Shown: one piece after another, positions 35,024 through 44,425 of the stretch | How the letters are laid out: each line of letters opens with the position of its first letter | How positions within the stretch are numbered: the stretch's first letter is position 1 | Source of the DNA: a virus | Virus record (IMG/VR): IMGVR_UViG_3300042731_008053 | Length of the DNA stretch: 64,000 nt | Strand: one strand, 5' to 3' | Notes under the pieces: generated by a model | Databases searched by the model: none | Seen by the model: the letters and a program-made list of their open reading frames with translations, nothing else | What the model was told of the DNA's origin: nothing | Position numbers and translations under genes: made by a program

Positions 35024-36351
35024 CAGGAACGCTCCCCGCCAGGTAGCACACCGACAGTCTCAGGGCCATACCGATGCCAATCTGCCAGTTGCAGCGGTAG
35101 GTCTTCGTCACATGTCCCACAATGCAACGACGCGCCACGTCCCTTGGGTGCATGGAGCGAGCCATCGTTTCCGATGCGGTGCTGAAGAACAGAGGCGTGC
35201 CCAGCAGAGCACATGACAAGACAGGATCCCCACGGATCAGGAAAATCTCCGCACCAGTTGTTGCGGTTGGACCAACACCACGATCGCGGTTCTTTTGTCT
35301 TGGAGTACTTCAACATCAGGAACTCTCCTCCGTCAGCACGCGCTTGCGACCCTCGGCTATGCGACGTGCCTCCTCGCGGCCGAACTGCTTGGCATCGATC
35401 ATTTCGGTCGCTCGGCAGCGGCGCGGGATCCGCCGGCTTTGCGAGAGTGGGAGCACTCGGCTGCACGAGATCGCGCAGCTCCTTGGCGGCCCGGCGCAAC
35501 CCCTCGGCAAATCCTTCATCCCGGGGGTCAAAGCATCGCTCGTGTTCGTCGGCGTCGTCCATCCCGCACTCGATCTCGTGCGCTTTGGCGTTCCACTTGG
35601 CGACCAAAGCACGCAGGGTGGTGGTTTGCTTCGGGGGGAAGTTTTGCTTCTCCGATTTATCGTCCTGTTGGACGCTGGGATCGTAGAAGCGCACCGTTAT
35701 CTCGCCAGCCTCCTCCAGCGGACGCCACTGGTTTTCAAAGCAGGGAGCGCACGCGTACACTCTCCTCGAACCGCGATCGGCGGCGGTTAGGTCGGTGACG
35801 ACGTACCACGCGCTCAACACGGCACCGCAGGAGCACGTGATGGTTTTGCCGTAAAGAGAGTCCCGTCGCTCGTGTACAGCACGATCGACCATCCGTTCGT
35901 CAGCTTCGCAAACGCCGAAGGCGTTGGCGTCCTCCGAAGAAGCAGCGTCGCGGGTCTTGTCAGCGGCTACTGACAGTCGGTGCGATGCTTGTACCCTCAG
36001 TCCGTGAGGCCAACGTTTCACGGTTGCGCTAGGTATGATGCACTCGACACCGGGCTCGGCTTTACATTCTGGGCATTCCACATCGAGTGGTGGTTTCGGC
36101 GGAGGAAGGTTGGTGCGCTTCGCGGCGTTTGCGAGTCGTTGACGCTGCGACCATGTCAGGTGCTGCCGATATGGCTCCAGGCGTTTGCGTAGCGCAACCT
36201 CGTTGTCGGTGATGACCTGACGCACGAGTTCATCGAGGTCGGCCGGTGGTTCCAGGTCGGTGAACGGCTCATCGTCGCTGACTGGCTGATCCCACGGCGA
36301 TCCGAGAGCAGTTTCGTTAATGAGAGTATTCTTTTCGTCGTCGTTACTCAT
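35023..36351 (-). CDS. hypothetical protein (442 aa) with Cys clusters; carries the AKPADPAPLPSDR repeat segment
   Basis: ORF track; 44-nt segment shared with the gene at 38721-39353. Confidence 0.5.
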   Translation of the reverse strand: MSNDDEKNTLINETALGSPWDQPVSDDEPFTDLEPPADLDELVRQVITDNEVALRKRLEPYRQHLTWSQRQRLANAAKRTNLPPPKPPLDVECPECKAEPGVECIIPSATVKRWPHGLRVQASHRLSVAADKTRDAASSEDANAFGVCEADERMVDRAVHERRDSLYGKTITCSCGAVLSAWYVVTDLTAADRGSRRVYACAPCFENQWRPLEEAGEITVRFYDPSVQQDDKSEKQNFPPKQTTTLRALVAKWNAKAHEIECGMDDADEHERCFDPRDEGFAEGLRRAAKELRDLVQPSAPTLAKPADPAPLPSDRNDRCQAVRPRGGTSHSRGSQARADGGEFLMLKYSKTKEPRSWCWSNRNNWCGDFPDPWGSCLVMCSAGHASVLQHRIGNDGSLHAPKGRGASLHCGTCDEDLPLQLADWHRYGPETVGVLPGGERS

Positions 36352-36355
36352 GCTC

Positions 36356-36565
36356 TCACCATTGCTTGATGTAGCCGTAGCCGGGACACTTGGGGCGGGG
36401 ACACTTCACACGCTCGTAACCGTCTGCGCCGCCTGTGTAGTCGGTGCCGTCGTGTCGCTGCACGTGCTCAGGCATATACTCAATCACGGCGCCGCACGCG
36501 CGACACTTCACCCGCCTGCCGGTGGGTGGTTCAACAATACGAGGAGGATTTTGTTCTTGGCTCAT
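36356..36565 (-). CDS. hypothetical zinc-ribbon protein
   Basis: CRACG...CPRPKCPG. Confidence 0.45.
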   Translation of the reverse strand: MSQEQNPPRIVEPPTGRRVKCRACGAVIEYMPEHVQRHDGTDYTGGADGYERVKCPRPKCPGYGYIKQW

Positions 36566-36585
36566 GGAATTTTCTCAGTGTTGCT

Positions 36586-36768
36586 CTAGTTGGACGAGCG
36601 CCGGATAAACAACGATACGCGTTGCTCGTGTGGCGCGCCTCGCTGCTGGCCGTAGTTCTTACCTCCCAGCTTGATGCAGCCTTGTCTCGGCTCAGCCCCG
36701 CAAACTGGGCAAACGGTCGTTCCGGTTGCATTCGCTGCGGTGGTTTTGTCCTGTTTCTTGTTGCTCAT
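36586..36768 (-). CDS. hypothetical zinc-finger protein
   Basis: CPVCG. Confidence 0.4.
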   Translation of the reverse strand: MSNKKQDKTTAANATGTTVCPVCGAEPRQGCIKLGGKNYGQQRGAPHEQRVSLFIRRSSN

Positions 36769-36983
36769 TTCTTACACCTCGGACAGCGAGCACGGTTTGC
36801 GCGTTTGTTGACGCTCCAGCCGGCAGCACGCGCAGCTCGGATGCACTCCGCCTCCGTGCGGCCAGTAAATTCGCCGAGGCCACGACCGAATGCTTCACCT
36901 TCATAGCAGGCACAATAAAGGTCCAGCGTGTAGCAACCAACAATACCGATACCGGTGTTGGGGTTTTGTTTGTTACTTGCCAT
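36765..36983 (-). CDS. hypothetical protein
   Basis: Internal ATG; CPRCKK at the C-terminus. Confidence 0.4.
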   Translation of the reverse strand: MASNKQNPNTGIGIVGCYTLDLYCACYEGEAFGRGLGEFTGRTEAECIRAARAAGWSVNKRANRARCPRCKK

Positions 36984-37149
36984 TGTTCGGAGAAGGCATG
37001 CGCGTGATTTCCCGTTCGTCGTGGACTGCACCACAACGACAATGCCAAAGCAGTGTTTCGATCTTGATCATGCGTACCAGGCCTGAACACCGCAAACAGT
37101 AGGGACTGTAGTTTGGATCGCGGGCAGCGTTTTGTTGGATGACATTCAT
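36973..37149 (-). CDS. hypothetical zinc-ribbon protein (58 aa, below the ORF-track cutoff)
   Basis: Manual translation MNVIQQNAARDPNYSPYCLRCSGLVRMIKIETLLWHCRCGAVHDEREITRMPSPNNGK. Confidence 0.3.
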   Translation of the reverse strand: MNVIQQNAARDPNYSPYCLRCSGLVRMIKIETLLWHCRCGAVHDEREITRMPSPNNGK

Positions 37150-37155
37150 CGCGGC

Positions 37156-37554
37156 TCACAGATAAGGTGCGGATAGTGTTGGGCAGTCGCCTCCGCACAT
37201 CCAAATGCCGTCGTGTAACCGCATTGCGATCATTGCTGTGCCTGCGACAACAATTTCTATGAGCAGTACGGCTATGAGCACTGCCAAAACAAAACCACTG
37301 ACAGGGTAATGCGAAGATCTAGTCCCATAGCGTGCCCAGTACCAGGCGCTTCGCAACCGAGAAGGACGTGGCTCGGACACCCAAAGATACGCGACGAAGC
37401 ACACGCCCATCCACGCAGCCATCGTAAGAGAAGCTACGTTTGTAGGACCAAGCATGACAAGGTCGAAAAGGTAGATCACGGCTGCCGTGATCATTCCGCT
37501 GTACCAAAACCGTGCACGGCGCCAAAAAGGTAGGCGGTTGTCATTCATAGGCAA
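37156..37554 (-). CDS. integral membrane protein (3-4 TM)
   Basis: Hydrophobic segments ITAAVIYLFDLVMLG, MAAWMGVCFVAYLWV, FVLAVLIAVLLIEIVVAGTAMIA. Confidence 0.5.
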   Translation of the reverse strand: MPMNDNRLPFWRRARFWYSGMITAAVIYLFDLVMLGPTNVASLTMAAWMGVCFVAYLWVSEPRPSRLRSAWYWARYGTRSSHYPVSGFVLAVLIAVLLIEIVVAGTAMIAMRLHDGIWMCGGDCPTLSAPYL

Positions 37555-37604
37555 ATCCAGCTCGGCACGCTGGGCAGCGTTGATCCTCTGTCATCGTATC
37601 GCCC

Positions 37605-38198
37605 TTAGCCATCTGTTTTCTTCCGATCAAACCGATCTGACAGCTGCCACAAAAGATCGATTTGGTCTGTAACAGCCTTTTTGGTCAGCCCCATAGCGCG
37701 GGCGGTAACCACGAGCAGAGTCGTTAGTGGCGGTGCGGTGTAATCAGGTGCGTACCGATCAACAACGCTACGCAACTCAGCGTTGATTTGATCTTTGAGT
37801 TGGGTTTCGCTCAGGCCTGGTTCTGCCGAGATGGAGTACCCCAAGTCGTTCGCGACGTAGCGAAACAACGTCTCGTTGACGACCTCTTCAGCGGAGCTTT
37901 TTCCTGCAACAATGTCAGCGCAGCTTTGTCGAAATGCCGCGAGACGCTCCAGGTGATCGGCTGCTTGATGTTGGTACGCAACCAGCTCAGGAAGCAGCAC
38001 TGGATCAATTTCGTCTCCGGGTACTACCTTGGTATTGGCAGCACGAAGAAATTCGATGCAGCGGTCGATCGTAAAACGATGGGGCGTCTGTTTGTGAGGC
38101 GGATGATCTTCGTAGAGCTGGTTGCAATGCGTGCAGTGTGTGCATGCATCGTTGTCAGGTGCAAAGACAGGACAGTCAGCGAGAGGGACGAGTGCCAT
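37605..38198 (-). CDS. hypothetical protein
   Basis: ORF track. Confidence 0.5.
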   Translation of the reverse strand: MALVPLADCPVFAPDNDACTHCTHCNQLYEDHPPHKQTPHRFTIDRCIEFLRAANTKVVPGDEIDPVLLPELVAYQHQAADHLERLAAFRQSCADIVAGKSSAEEVVNETLFRYVANDLGYSISAEPGLSETQLKDQINAELRSVVDRYAPDYTAPPLTTLLVVTARAMGLTKKAVTDQIDLLWQLSDRFDRKKTDG

Positions 38199-38203
38199 GG
38201 CGA

Positions 38204-38416
38204 TTACGATTCCTTTGTAGCGTCGAGTTGGCGTCGCCAGTACTCATCAAGAGTGACGCCACCGTCGCCAACCGGTTTGGAACAAGGATTTGCCAGCTCG
38301 CCCCACCCTCCAGGAACTTGGTCGGTCGCTCCACAGTTGACGCATACTTCATCGTACGTGGAAGCGCCCCACGAAAAACGAGTGACGTGACTCGGGTGTT
38401 TTTGGCCGTACATCAA
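38204..38416 (-). CDS. hypothetical protein
   Basis: ORF track. Confidence 0.4.
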   Translation of the reverse strand: MMYGQKHPSHVTRFSWGASTYDEVCVNCGATDQVPGGWGELANPCSKPVGDGGVTLDEYWRRQLDATKES

Positions 38417-38721
38417 TACAAGTCGTTTTCCGGATCGTTTTCGTTCATCGATAAACCTTCCCCCCTGGACGCGAGCAGTGCATCGATCTCACGTATTAGG
38501 CGCGCTTGTTCGCGCTGCCCTCTGCGCCTCCGTTCACGCTCCTCCTGTTGCCGCTTCTTGCGTTCAGCGTACTCCCCAGACGCAATCTCGTTGGCGCGTT
38601 CCTGTGCGGCAGCGAGTCGTTCGGCCGCCACGGCGTGGCGCCGCGCCACCGCCGCTTGGCGATTCAACGCAGCAGCTTTGCATGTTTCGACCCATGACTG
38701 CTCAGCGTCCCAGCTTCGCAT
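38413..38721 (-). CDS. hypothetical Arg/Glu-rich coiled-coil protein
   Basis: ATGA overlap. Confidence 0.4.
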   Translation of the reverse strand: MRSWDAEQSWVETCKAAALNRQAAVARRHAVAAERLAAAQERANEIASGEYAERKKRQQEERERRRRGQREQARLIREIDALLASRGEGLSMNENDPENDLY

Positions 38722-39353
38722 CAGGAACCCTCCCTGCGCGCCTGCTCGGCTACGATCCACCCATCGAGGACCGCAGCGATTTCATCGTTCGTGATCGTGC
38801 CGGCGCGGATGGTATCGCGAAGCAGTTCGATCTCGGCATTGTCGGCCACACGCTCGGCGCGCCAGCGCTGAACCTCCCCCTCAAGCTCGATGATTCGATC
38901 GACGTGGGCCGCGCACGTGATGCAAACGTCACTGCCACCCACAGTCATCGGTTTGTCGTCGCGCAGGTGAAGAGTCGCCATCGCATGTGCCGCCGACACC
39001 GCGACATCCGGATCACGTTGACCAGTGCTGGTCTTGTCTCGGTCGCTCGGCAGCGGCGCGGGATCCGCCGGCTTTGCGGGAGTGACCGACAAGGCGTACT
39101 CGGTCCCCAGTGCTGCTGCGTCGAGCCTAAAGATCCAAGACCGCAGATGTCCGTGTACTGCCCCCAGTGTTGCGGCCCACTCGACCCACTGATCCGTTCC
39201 GTGAGCGGGCGGCTGGGCCAGGTCGAACGCTCGCCGAATCGCCATCGCAAGCTCGACACGGGTAGGTGGTTTGTTCTGGAGGACGTTTGTCTTGTCGTGT
39301 TTGGGCATTTTGATGCGTTCTGATAGAGGTGGCAGCATCAGGTATGACTCCAC
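38721..39353 (-). CDS. hypothetical protein carrying the AKPADPAPLPSDR repeat segment
   Basis: ORF track; start uncertain (alternative 39308). Confidence 0.45.
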   Translation of the reverse strand: MESYLMLPPLSERIKMPKHDKTNVLQNKPPTRVELAMAIRRAFDLAQPPAHGTDQWVEWAATLGAVHGHLRSWIFRLDAAALGTEYALSVTPAKPADPAPLPSDRDKTSTGQRDPDVAVSAAHAMATLHLRDDKPMTVGGSDVCITCAAHVDRIIELEGEVQRWRAERVADNAEIELLRDTIRAGTITNDEIAAVLDGWIVAEQARREGS

Positions 39354-39742
39354 TGTTGGTACGCCTCGAACGTTGGCTGACCATAACCTGCCTTGACGAG
39401 TAACTCGATCCAGGTCGGCAGCTTGTACTCAGCCTTTTCGTAGATGAGATCTTCGGGCTCGATGGTTGCCGACGGGACACAGTATTTGACGTCCGACCAG
39501 TAGCGGCCTCGTGCTGAAGGGCTGAGTTTCATGTCCTGACGCGTAAACCGTTCGACCAGACGCAGGTCTTTGACCAGACCCTGGCAGAAATAGAATTGTT
39601 GTTGTTGGAGCACGTGCAGTTGCTTTGCTTGTTGCGCTTTTTCGCGCCGTTGGTCTTCGACGGTAACCGTCACCCAGTAGAGCGTTCCCAATAATGCTGC
39701 GAGTACGGCTACGGGGGCAGCGTAGAACAGTGCCGGTTTCAC
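39338..39742 (-). CDS. hypothetical protein with N-terminal TM/signal segment
   Basis: GTGA overlap; PALFYAAPVAVLAALLGTLYWV. Confidence 0.45.
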   Translation of the reverse strand: MKPALFYAAPVAVLAALLGTLYWVTVTVEDQRREKAQQAKQLHVLQQQQFYFCQGLVKDLRLVERFTRQDMKLSPSARGRYWSDVKYCVPSATIEPEDLIYEKAEYKLPTWIELLVKAGYGQPTFEAYQQWSHT

Positions 39743-41172
39743 TTGGTGTCCTTCGGCATTCCACGAACACGTGGACCTGAGGATCCCTCGGTGAGCATAT
39801 CGCGTAGGTTGACGCCTTTGAGGCCTTTGTCGAGGTTGATCTCGATGACCTTCGCGCCTCCGGTGGCGCCTTGCGTTTTTGCGATAGCCAACTCTTCCAT
39901 GTCGTTGTCAATCCAACGGACGAACCACGTTGTCATCAATTCGGCCTGCGCTGCAAACAGTTTGCGGCGCTTTTCGTTTCGTACCCGACGATCGTGGACG
40001 TGGCTTTTGGACCAGTGGTTGGTCTCCCAGTAGCCGCCGTCATTTTTGAGTCCTGGACCGGATGGGTACCGATTCGTGAACGGCTTGTCGTAATCGTACG
40101 CTCGATCTGGATCCGTTTTGCGGATGCGGGCTTCTTCGGCCTGGAACTTTTGAAGCGGTGTGATGTCGTTTTCGCACAGGGCCAGACGGCGCTTGCCTTT
40201 GTAGGTGAGCCACACGGCTTGTTGGGTCGTGCGGTGTTTGCCTTGTTTGCCGACCGCATTGACCTGCTGCTCGTAGCGAGCAATGAGGTTTTTGATTTGA
40301 CCTTCGTAGTATGAGATGTCGAGTTTGGCTGCGCGAAGATACGCGTAAAGACCAAGTAACTGGATGTCATTGAGCGTACGTAACTCGGCGCTAGCTTCGG
40401 AAACCCATGCGGCTGTCTTGTTCTGGACGTGTGTGAGGAACTCGCTGGGTTTGGTGTAACGCAACATCGCATTGGACGCTGCCGTACGGGCGCTACGTCC
40501 CAAGCCGCTCAACGTCATCGACACGACGTCTTTGCGAACGGCGTATCGGGTTGCTGCTTCTTTCAACGCGTAGCTGTCACCGTATCGTGCAAGCGGTTTG
40601 ATGCGTTGTAGAATCTTGAGTGCGGGTGCGCCAAGACCCCGCGAGGCAACAGTAAAGACGATGCCGAAGATCATCTTCCAGCCTTTGCCTTTGACCTTGA
40701 GCAGCTTCGACCGCTCGATGTTGTCTACGGCTTGACCGAACTGGTGCAACATGATCGTAAGTTGTATTCCGATTCGCCGCGCATACTCTTGGCGTTCGTC
40801 GGCGGTCAGCAGGCAGGTGAGACCTTCGTCGCCTGGCTTGCAGGCAAACGCCGTGTCGTCGCCGTTCCCTTTCGGCGTGAGCGCACCACCAAAGACGTCA
40901 GGGACCGGGCCCGAAGGCTTGGTTGGTTTTGCTGGCCTAGCTGCGCCAGACACCTTGGGAGGTCGTTTGGGAGGCGCGACGCTGCCATACCGCGTACGTG
41001 TGGTGTTGCCCTTCCCCGCTGAGCGGCTTGGTGTGTACTCGTTGAGGCCGATATTCCGGCCGGCGATTCGTGGGCGGCGATCGCTGTGTTGGCTTTCGTC
41101 TGACATCGCCCTTGTTACGACCGCGTCACGGCTGAGCTGCCTTCGAGGTGCGTCTTTTTCTCGTGGTCGCAT
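39739..41172 (-). CDS. hypothetical protein (477 aa), first gene of the - block leaving the 41.2-42.0 kb intergenic hub
   Basis: ORF track; Pro/Lys-rich N-terminal region. Confidence 0.5.
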   Translation of the reverse strand: MRPREKDAPRRQLSRDAVVTRAMSDESQHSDRRPRIAGRNIGLNEYTPSRSAGKGNTTRTRYGSVAPPKRPPKVSGAARPAKPTKPSGPVPDVFGGALTPKGNGDDTAFACKPGDEGLTCLLTADERQEYARRIGIQLTIMLHQFGQAVDNIERSKLLKVKGKGWKMIFGIVFTVASRGLGAPALKILQRIKPLARYGDSYALKEAATRYAVRKDVVSMTLSGLGRSARTAASNAMLRYTKPSEFLTHVQNKTAAWVSEASAELRTLNDIQLLGLYAYLRAAKLDISYYEGQIKNLIARYEQQVNAVGKQGKHRTTQQAVWLTYKGKRRLALCENDITPLQKFQAEEARIRKTDPDRAYDYDKPFTNRYPSGPGLKNDGGYWETNHWSKSHVHDRRVRNEKRRKLFAAQAELMTTWFVRWIDNDMEELAIAKTQGATGGAKVIEINLDKGLKGVNLRDMLTEGSSGPRVRGMPKDTK

Positions 41173-41470
41173 CGCACGAGGCGTGGTGGATCGCTTATGC
41201 TAGAGGTGTTCACGGCCTGCCTTCCTCAGGTAGTGGACTCGCGGCGGTGCGCGTCCAACGTGCCGCCGCACTTCGTTGAGGTCCCAGCGTAGCGAAGCGT
41301 GCTGCCGGAATCAACCGTCGAACGGTGTTTCGAGCTGTCGCGCGCTTTAACCTCGTTTCAACAGGTTACAGTGCTGATCACGAAAACCTGAGTGATTACT
41401 TCTTGGTACAACAACACCAAGAAAAAAGTACGCAGTTTCAGTGAGCTACGCTCGTCGCTCGATCCGTCGA

Positions 41471-41739
41471 GGGGGGATCTACTGACATCTAACGGACTTC
41501 TAACTGAACCTTGATCTATGAAATTACTGAGGAAAAGGTCGATTTAAGTAGATCCCCCCCTCTCCTATTCCCCCACAGTTTCGGCCTTCATTTATTCTAT
41601 TTATCTATCCATGGATAAATACTTGTCGGATCTTTTAGTATAAAGGGGGGATCTACTTCTACTAAATAAGCTTCAGATCGCTAATGTTGCAAGCACTTAA
41701 GGCGAGTAGAAGTAAATATAATGCCAACGAGGATCTACT
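41471..41739. repeat. Iteron cluster: GGGGGGATCTACT (41471-41483), inverted copy AGTAGATCCCCCCC (41547-41560), GGGGGGATCTACTTCTACT (41645-41663), GAGTAGAAGTA inverted partner (41704-41714), GGATCTACT (41731-41739)
   Basis: Read directly from the sequence. Confidence 0.7.
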
Positions 41740-41820
41740 TTTTTTGTTGTGTAACACACAGCCGAAAAACGGCGAGATCGACTGTTTTGTGGTGAAGAGT
41801 ACGTTTCACTATTCAAAATC

Positions 41821-41940
41821 GGGCCTGCATTGGGCCTGCATAAGGCCCAACCGGGCCTGTATACATCCCCGTCAGGGCCTGCATACGGGCCCAACCGGGG
41901 CCCGACTGGGCCCAATTCGGGCCCAATTGGGGCCCAACTG
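41821..41940. repeat. GC-rich degenerate tandem array: GGGCCTGCAT x3-4 followed by GGGCCCAAYYGG x5
   Basis: gggcctgcattgggcctgcataaggcccaaccgggcctgtatac...gggcctgcatacgggcccaaccggggcccgactgggcccaattcgggcccaattggggcccaactgg, immediately upstream of the RHH-AP2 regulator gene. Confidence 0.7.
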
Positions 41941-41990
41941 GGACCGTTTATGCATAAATTGTCAGCGCTGGGGTGTATAACGAGGGGGAT

Positions 41991-42587
41991 ATGACACAGC
42001 AACGCAAATTCAACGTTTTACCGGAGCTGTACGCCTATCTGGAAGAACGTGCGGAACGCAATTTTCGTAGTGTTAACAACGAGCTAAACGCGATTCTGGC
42101 AATGCTGCAGACGCAAGATCAGCGCACGACGGCGCCCACGCAGCCTATGGCGACCGTCACGCCCCTGTTCGGCAACCCGACAGAGCCGTCAGACGAGCAC
42201 GGTCCCAAACGCGGTCCCCTAAACACCATTAGCGGCTACAGGGGCGTCTATCCGTACGGCAAGCGCTGGAAGGTCGTCGTGTACGAAAACGGCCGCCAAC
42301 GCCGCCTGAGCGCCTACGACACGCCTCAAGAAGCAGCCCTGGCCTACGACGCCTACGTTCGTGCGCTCGACCCCCAGGCGCCGCTGAACTTCCCCGACGC
42401 AAACGAGGTCAGTGTTGCCGACACCGACGAAATCGCGATCCGCCCCGAGGCGCTCGCTGCTATTGAGCAAGGGCCCGTCCAAGAAGCACCCTTCCCCGAT
42501 TTCGAGGATGTGTCGCCCCCCTTCGATTTTGAGAACCCGCCACCAGGCATTGTCCGCCGACCCCGTGACTCCAGTGATCTGGACTGA
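41991..42587 (+). CDS. transcriptional regulator: N-terminal ribbon-helix-helix (Arc/CopG-like) plus AP2 DNA-binding domain
   Basis: KFNVLPELYAYLEERAERNFRSVNNELNAILAML (RHH pattern); ISGYRGVYPYGKRWKVVVYENGRQRRLSAYDTPQEAALAYDAYVRAL (AP2 pattern). SD GAGGGGGA upstream of ATG 41991. Confidence 0.6.
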   Translation: MTQQRKFNVLPELYAYLEERAERNFRSVNNELNAILAMLQTQDQRTTAPTQPMATVTPLFGNPTEPSDEHGPKRGPLNTISGYRGVYPYGKRWKVVVYENGRQRRLSAYDTPQEAALAYDAYVRALDPQAPLNFPDANEVSVADTDEIAIRPEALAAIEQGPVQEAPFPDFEDVSPPFDFENPPPGIVRRPRDSSDLD

Positions 42588-43266
42588 CACCTCGGATTTG
42601 CTAGACCCCTCGCAGCTCACTGATTGGACGTTGCCGAACCTATCGCAGATCGACGTCCTTCTCGGACCTGAACGGTACGCTACTAAGCCGTGGAGCGACT
42701 GCCGCAACTTCGTCGGCTTCGTGGGTGGTCTCGTGCATGCGTGTGCACGCGAAATCGAAACCCTGGAGGGACCGCTACAAAAAGCCGTCCTATGGGGACC
42801 GCACGGTGTTGTCCATCGCTTCGACTACATCGCCAACGTCATTTATGCTGCGAGTCGTCTCGAAACCGTCGGCCACATGACACAACGAGGGGCCAACACA
42901 GTCACGGGCAAACTCTTGATTGCGGAACACGAAGCTGCGACGTTGTCGGACTACACATCCAAAGAGACGCCAACACGCTTGATGGTAGCAGCAGCCAACT
43001 GTGCTCACTCACTGATGTTCGCCATCGAAAATCTTGGCGCAATGATCGCCCGCATACAAGATGAGCCGATGGCAGCCGTGAGTATTCGTATCTCAGATGA
43101 TCTTCTAGTGTCTGCAGCTACGCTCGAACGACTTGAACGTGCATGGCAGTACTGCGACAAAAACCCCAACACTGAGCTGACACTAGCGTTCGAGGCAGCG
43201 CTTGACGCACGTGAGGCGCGGTTCGCCTACGCGCTCTTCGATGATGTCGGCCACCGATGTGCGTAA
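42574..43266 (+). CDS. hypothetical protein
   Basis: Frame of ORF 42412-43266; the start (GTG) is uncertain. Confidence 0.4.
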   Translation: MIWTDTSDLLDPSQLTDWTLPNLSQIDVLLGPERYATKPWSDCRNFVGFVGGLVHACAREIETLEGPLQKAVLWGPHGVVHRFDYIANVIYAASRLETVGHMTQRGANTVTGKLLIAEHEAATLSDYTSKETPTRLMVAAANCAHSLMFAIENLGAMIARIQDEPMAAVSIRISDDLLVSAATLERLERAWQYCDKNPNTELTLAFEAALDAREARFAYALFDDVGHRCA

Positions 43267-43274
43267 GGATAGCA

Positions 43275-43448
43275 ATGAGCCAAATACTAAAAGCCAGAAA
43301 ACTAAAGCGGAGGCGGCGCCAAGACAAGATGCGGCGCAAGAGCCGCGCTAACCAGCTTGCTCAAGGGAAAGCTATTGCTCCCCCGTTCAACTTCGTTGGG
43401 GTAGAGACAGGTAGGTTCAGTGCTAGCTTGGTTGAGAACCCTGGTTAG
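43275..43448 (+). CDS. small basic protein
   Basis: KLKRRRRQDKMRRKSR. Confidence 0.3.
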   Translation: MSQILKARKLKRRRRQDKMRRKSRANQLAQGKAIAPPFNFVGVETGRFSASLVENPG

Positions 43449-43477
43449 CCGTTCTAAGTTGCGACTAGCTGCCCAAT

Positions 43478-43669
43478 ATGGTGTCAGTGAAAAACATTTG
43501 CTCACACGTGAGTACCAACACCTATGTCGTTGGCTGCACACGTTGCCCATCGTGTGGTCACTGGAAGCTACTGCCCGCGTCGTACACACCTAAACTGGAG
43601 TACGTTGCGGTGCCTTACGCCATGCCGTTTTCTACCAACGCCGTAGAGTTTACCGCAAAGATCAGGTAG
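43478..43669 (+). CDS. hypothetical zinc-ribbon protein
   Basis: CTRCPSCGH. Confidence 0.3.
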   Translation: MVSVKNICSHVSTNTYVVGCTRCPSCGHWKLLPASYTPKLEYVAVPYAMPFSTNAVEFTAKIR

Positions 43670-43733
43670 ACGTCGTACTGTCATACCCACCTGGTAGGCT
43701 CGTTGTGTGACATGGACGAGGTTTCCAGGCACC

Positions 43734-44213
43734 ATGCAGACGACGCTGGCGACGGCGCGTCTCTGGCTTGATCAGGTCAGACGTAACGGTGCGATCTGTC
43801 CGTGTTGTGATCAACCCGCCAAGGTGTACAAACGCAAACTCAACGGCACCATGGCATATGCGTTGGCTCAGCTCTACCGCAACTATCGGACGACCGGACG
43901 AGCCGACTGGCTCCACGTACCGAACTTTTTGTCGAGTATAACGACGACAGCTACGATCCGAGGCGGCGATTGGGCAAAGCTACGCCTGTGGGACCTGATT
44001 GAGCCGCAACCAGGTGAACGAGATGACGGCAGCACACGAACCGGCTACTACCGAATCTCGCAAACCGGCATCGCGTTCGTTGAGCTGCGCTGGCAAACTC
44101 CTCGACACGTGTTGATCTACAACCAGGAGGTCTTGGGCTACGAAGGTCCCGACGTGCTCTTCACGGACGTCATCGGTGACAAGTTCGACTACAACGAGTT
44201 GATGGCGGCATGA
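43734..44213 (+). CDS. hypothetical protein
   Basis: Internal ATG of ORF 43707-44213; CPCCDQ. Confidence 0.45.
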   Translation: MQTTLATARLWLDQVRRNGAICPCCDQPAKVYKRKLNGTMAYALAQLYRNYRTTGRADWLHVPNFLSSITTTATIRGGDWAKLRLWDLIEPQPGERDDGSTRTGYYRISQTGIAFVELRWQTPRHVLIYNQEVLGYEGPDVLFTDVIGDKFDYNELMAA

Positions 44214-44425
44214 GACGACGACGCGTCATCGATCGTCTGCGTGCGGCGTACCCCAACGTCCACTGGCAGTACAAAGACGGCGTTTGGAAAAACTCTGACG
44301 GGTGGCACGTCTACCGCTGTGCATCCGTCGTGTGGGGTGACGATACCTACGAAACACACTACCGCCGATCGGACACCGGCGACCGAATCTATATAGGACA
44401 CTTCAGTGAAACAACCCACACCTGA
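44210..44425 (+). CDS. hypothetical protein
   Basis: ATGA overlap. Confidence 0.4.
   Translation: MRRRRVIDRLRAAYPNVHWQYKDGVWKNSDGWHVYRCASVVWGDDTYETHYRRSDTGDRIYIGHFSETTHT

Larger units (their letters stand above)
41173..41990. promoter_or_regulatory. 820-bp intergenic hub between divergent gene blocks: origin-of-replication-like / regulatory region
   Basis: AT-rich stretch (41580-41640), GGATCTACT iterons in direct and inverted orientation, GC-rich degenerate tandem repeats, TTTATGCATAAA palindrome. No long ORF, apart from a repeat-derived 98-aa ORF on the + strand. Confidence 0.55.

Noticed and set aside
41419-41450. Hairpin TTCTTGGT-ACAACAAC-ACCAAGAA as a rho-independent terminator
   Set aside because: It is followed by an A-run on the + strand and preceded, not followed, by the U-run on the - strand transcript, so it does not fit a canonical intrinsic terminator in either direction.
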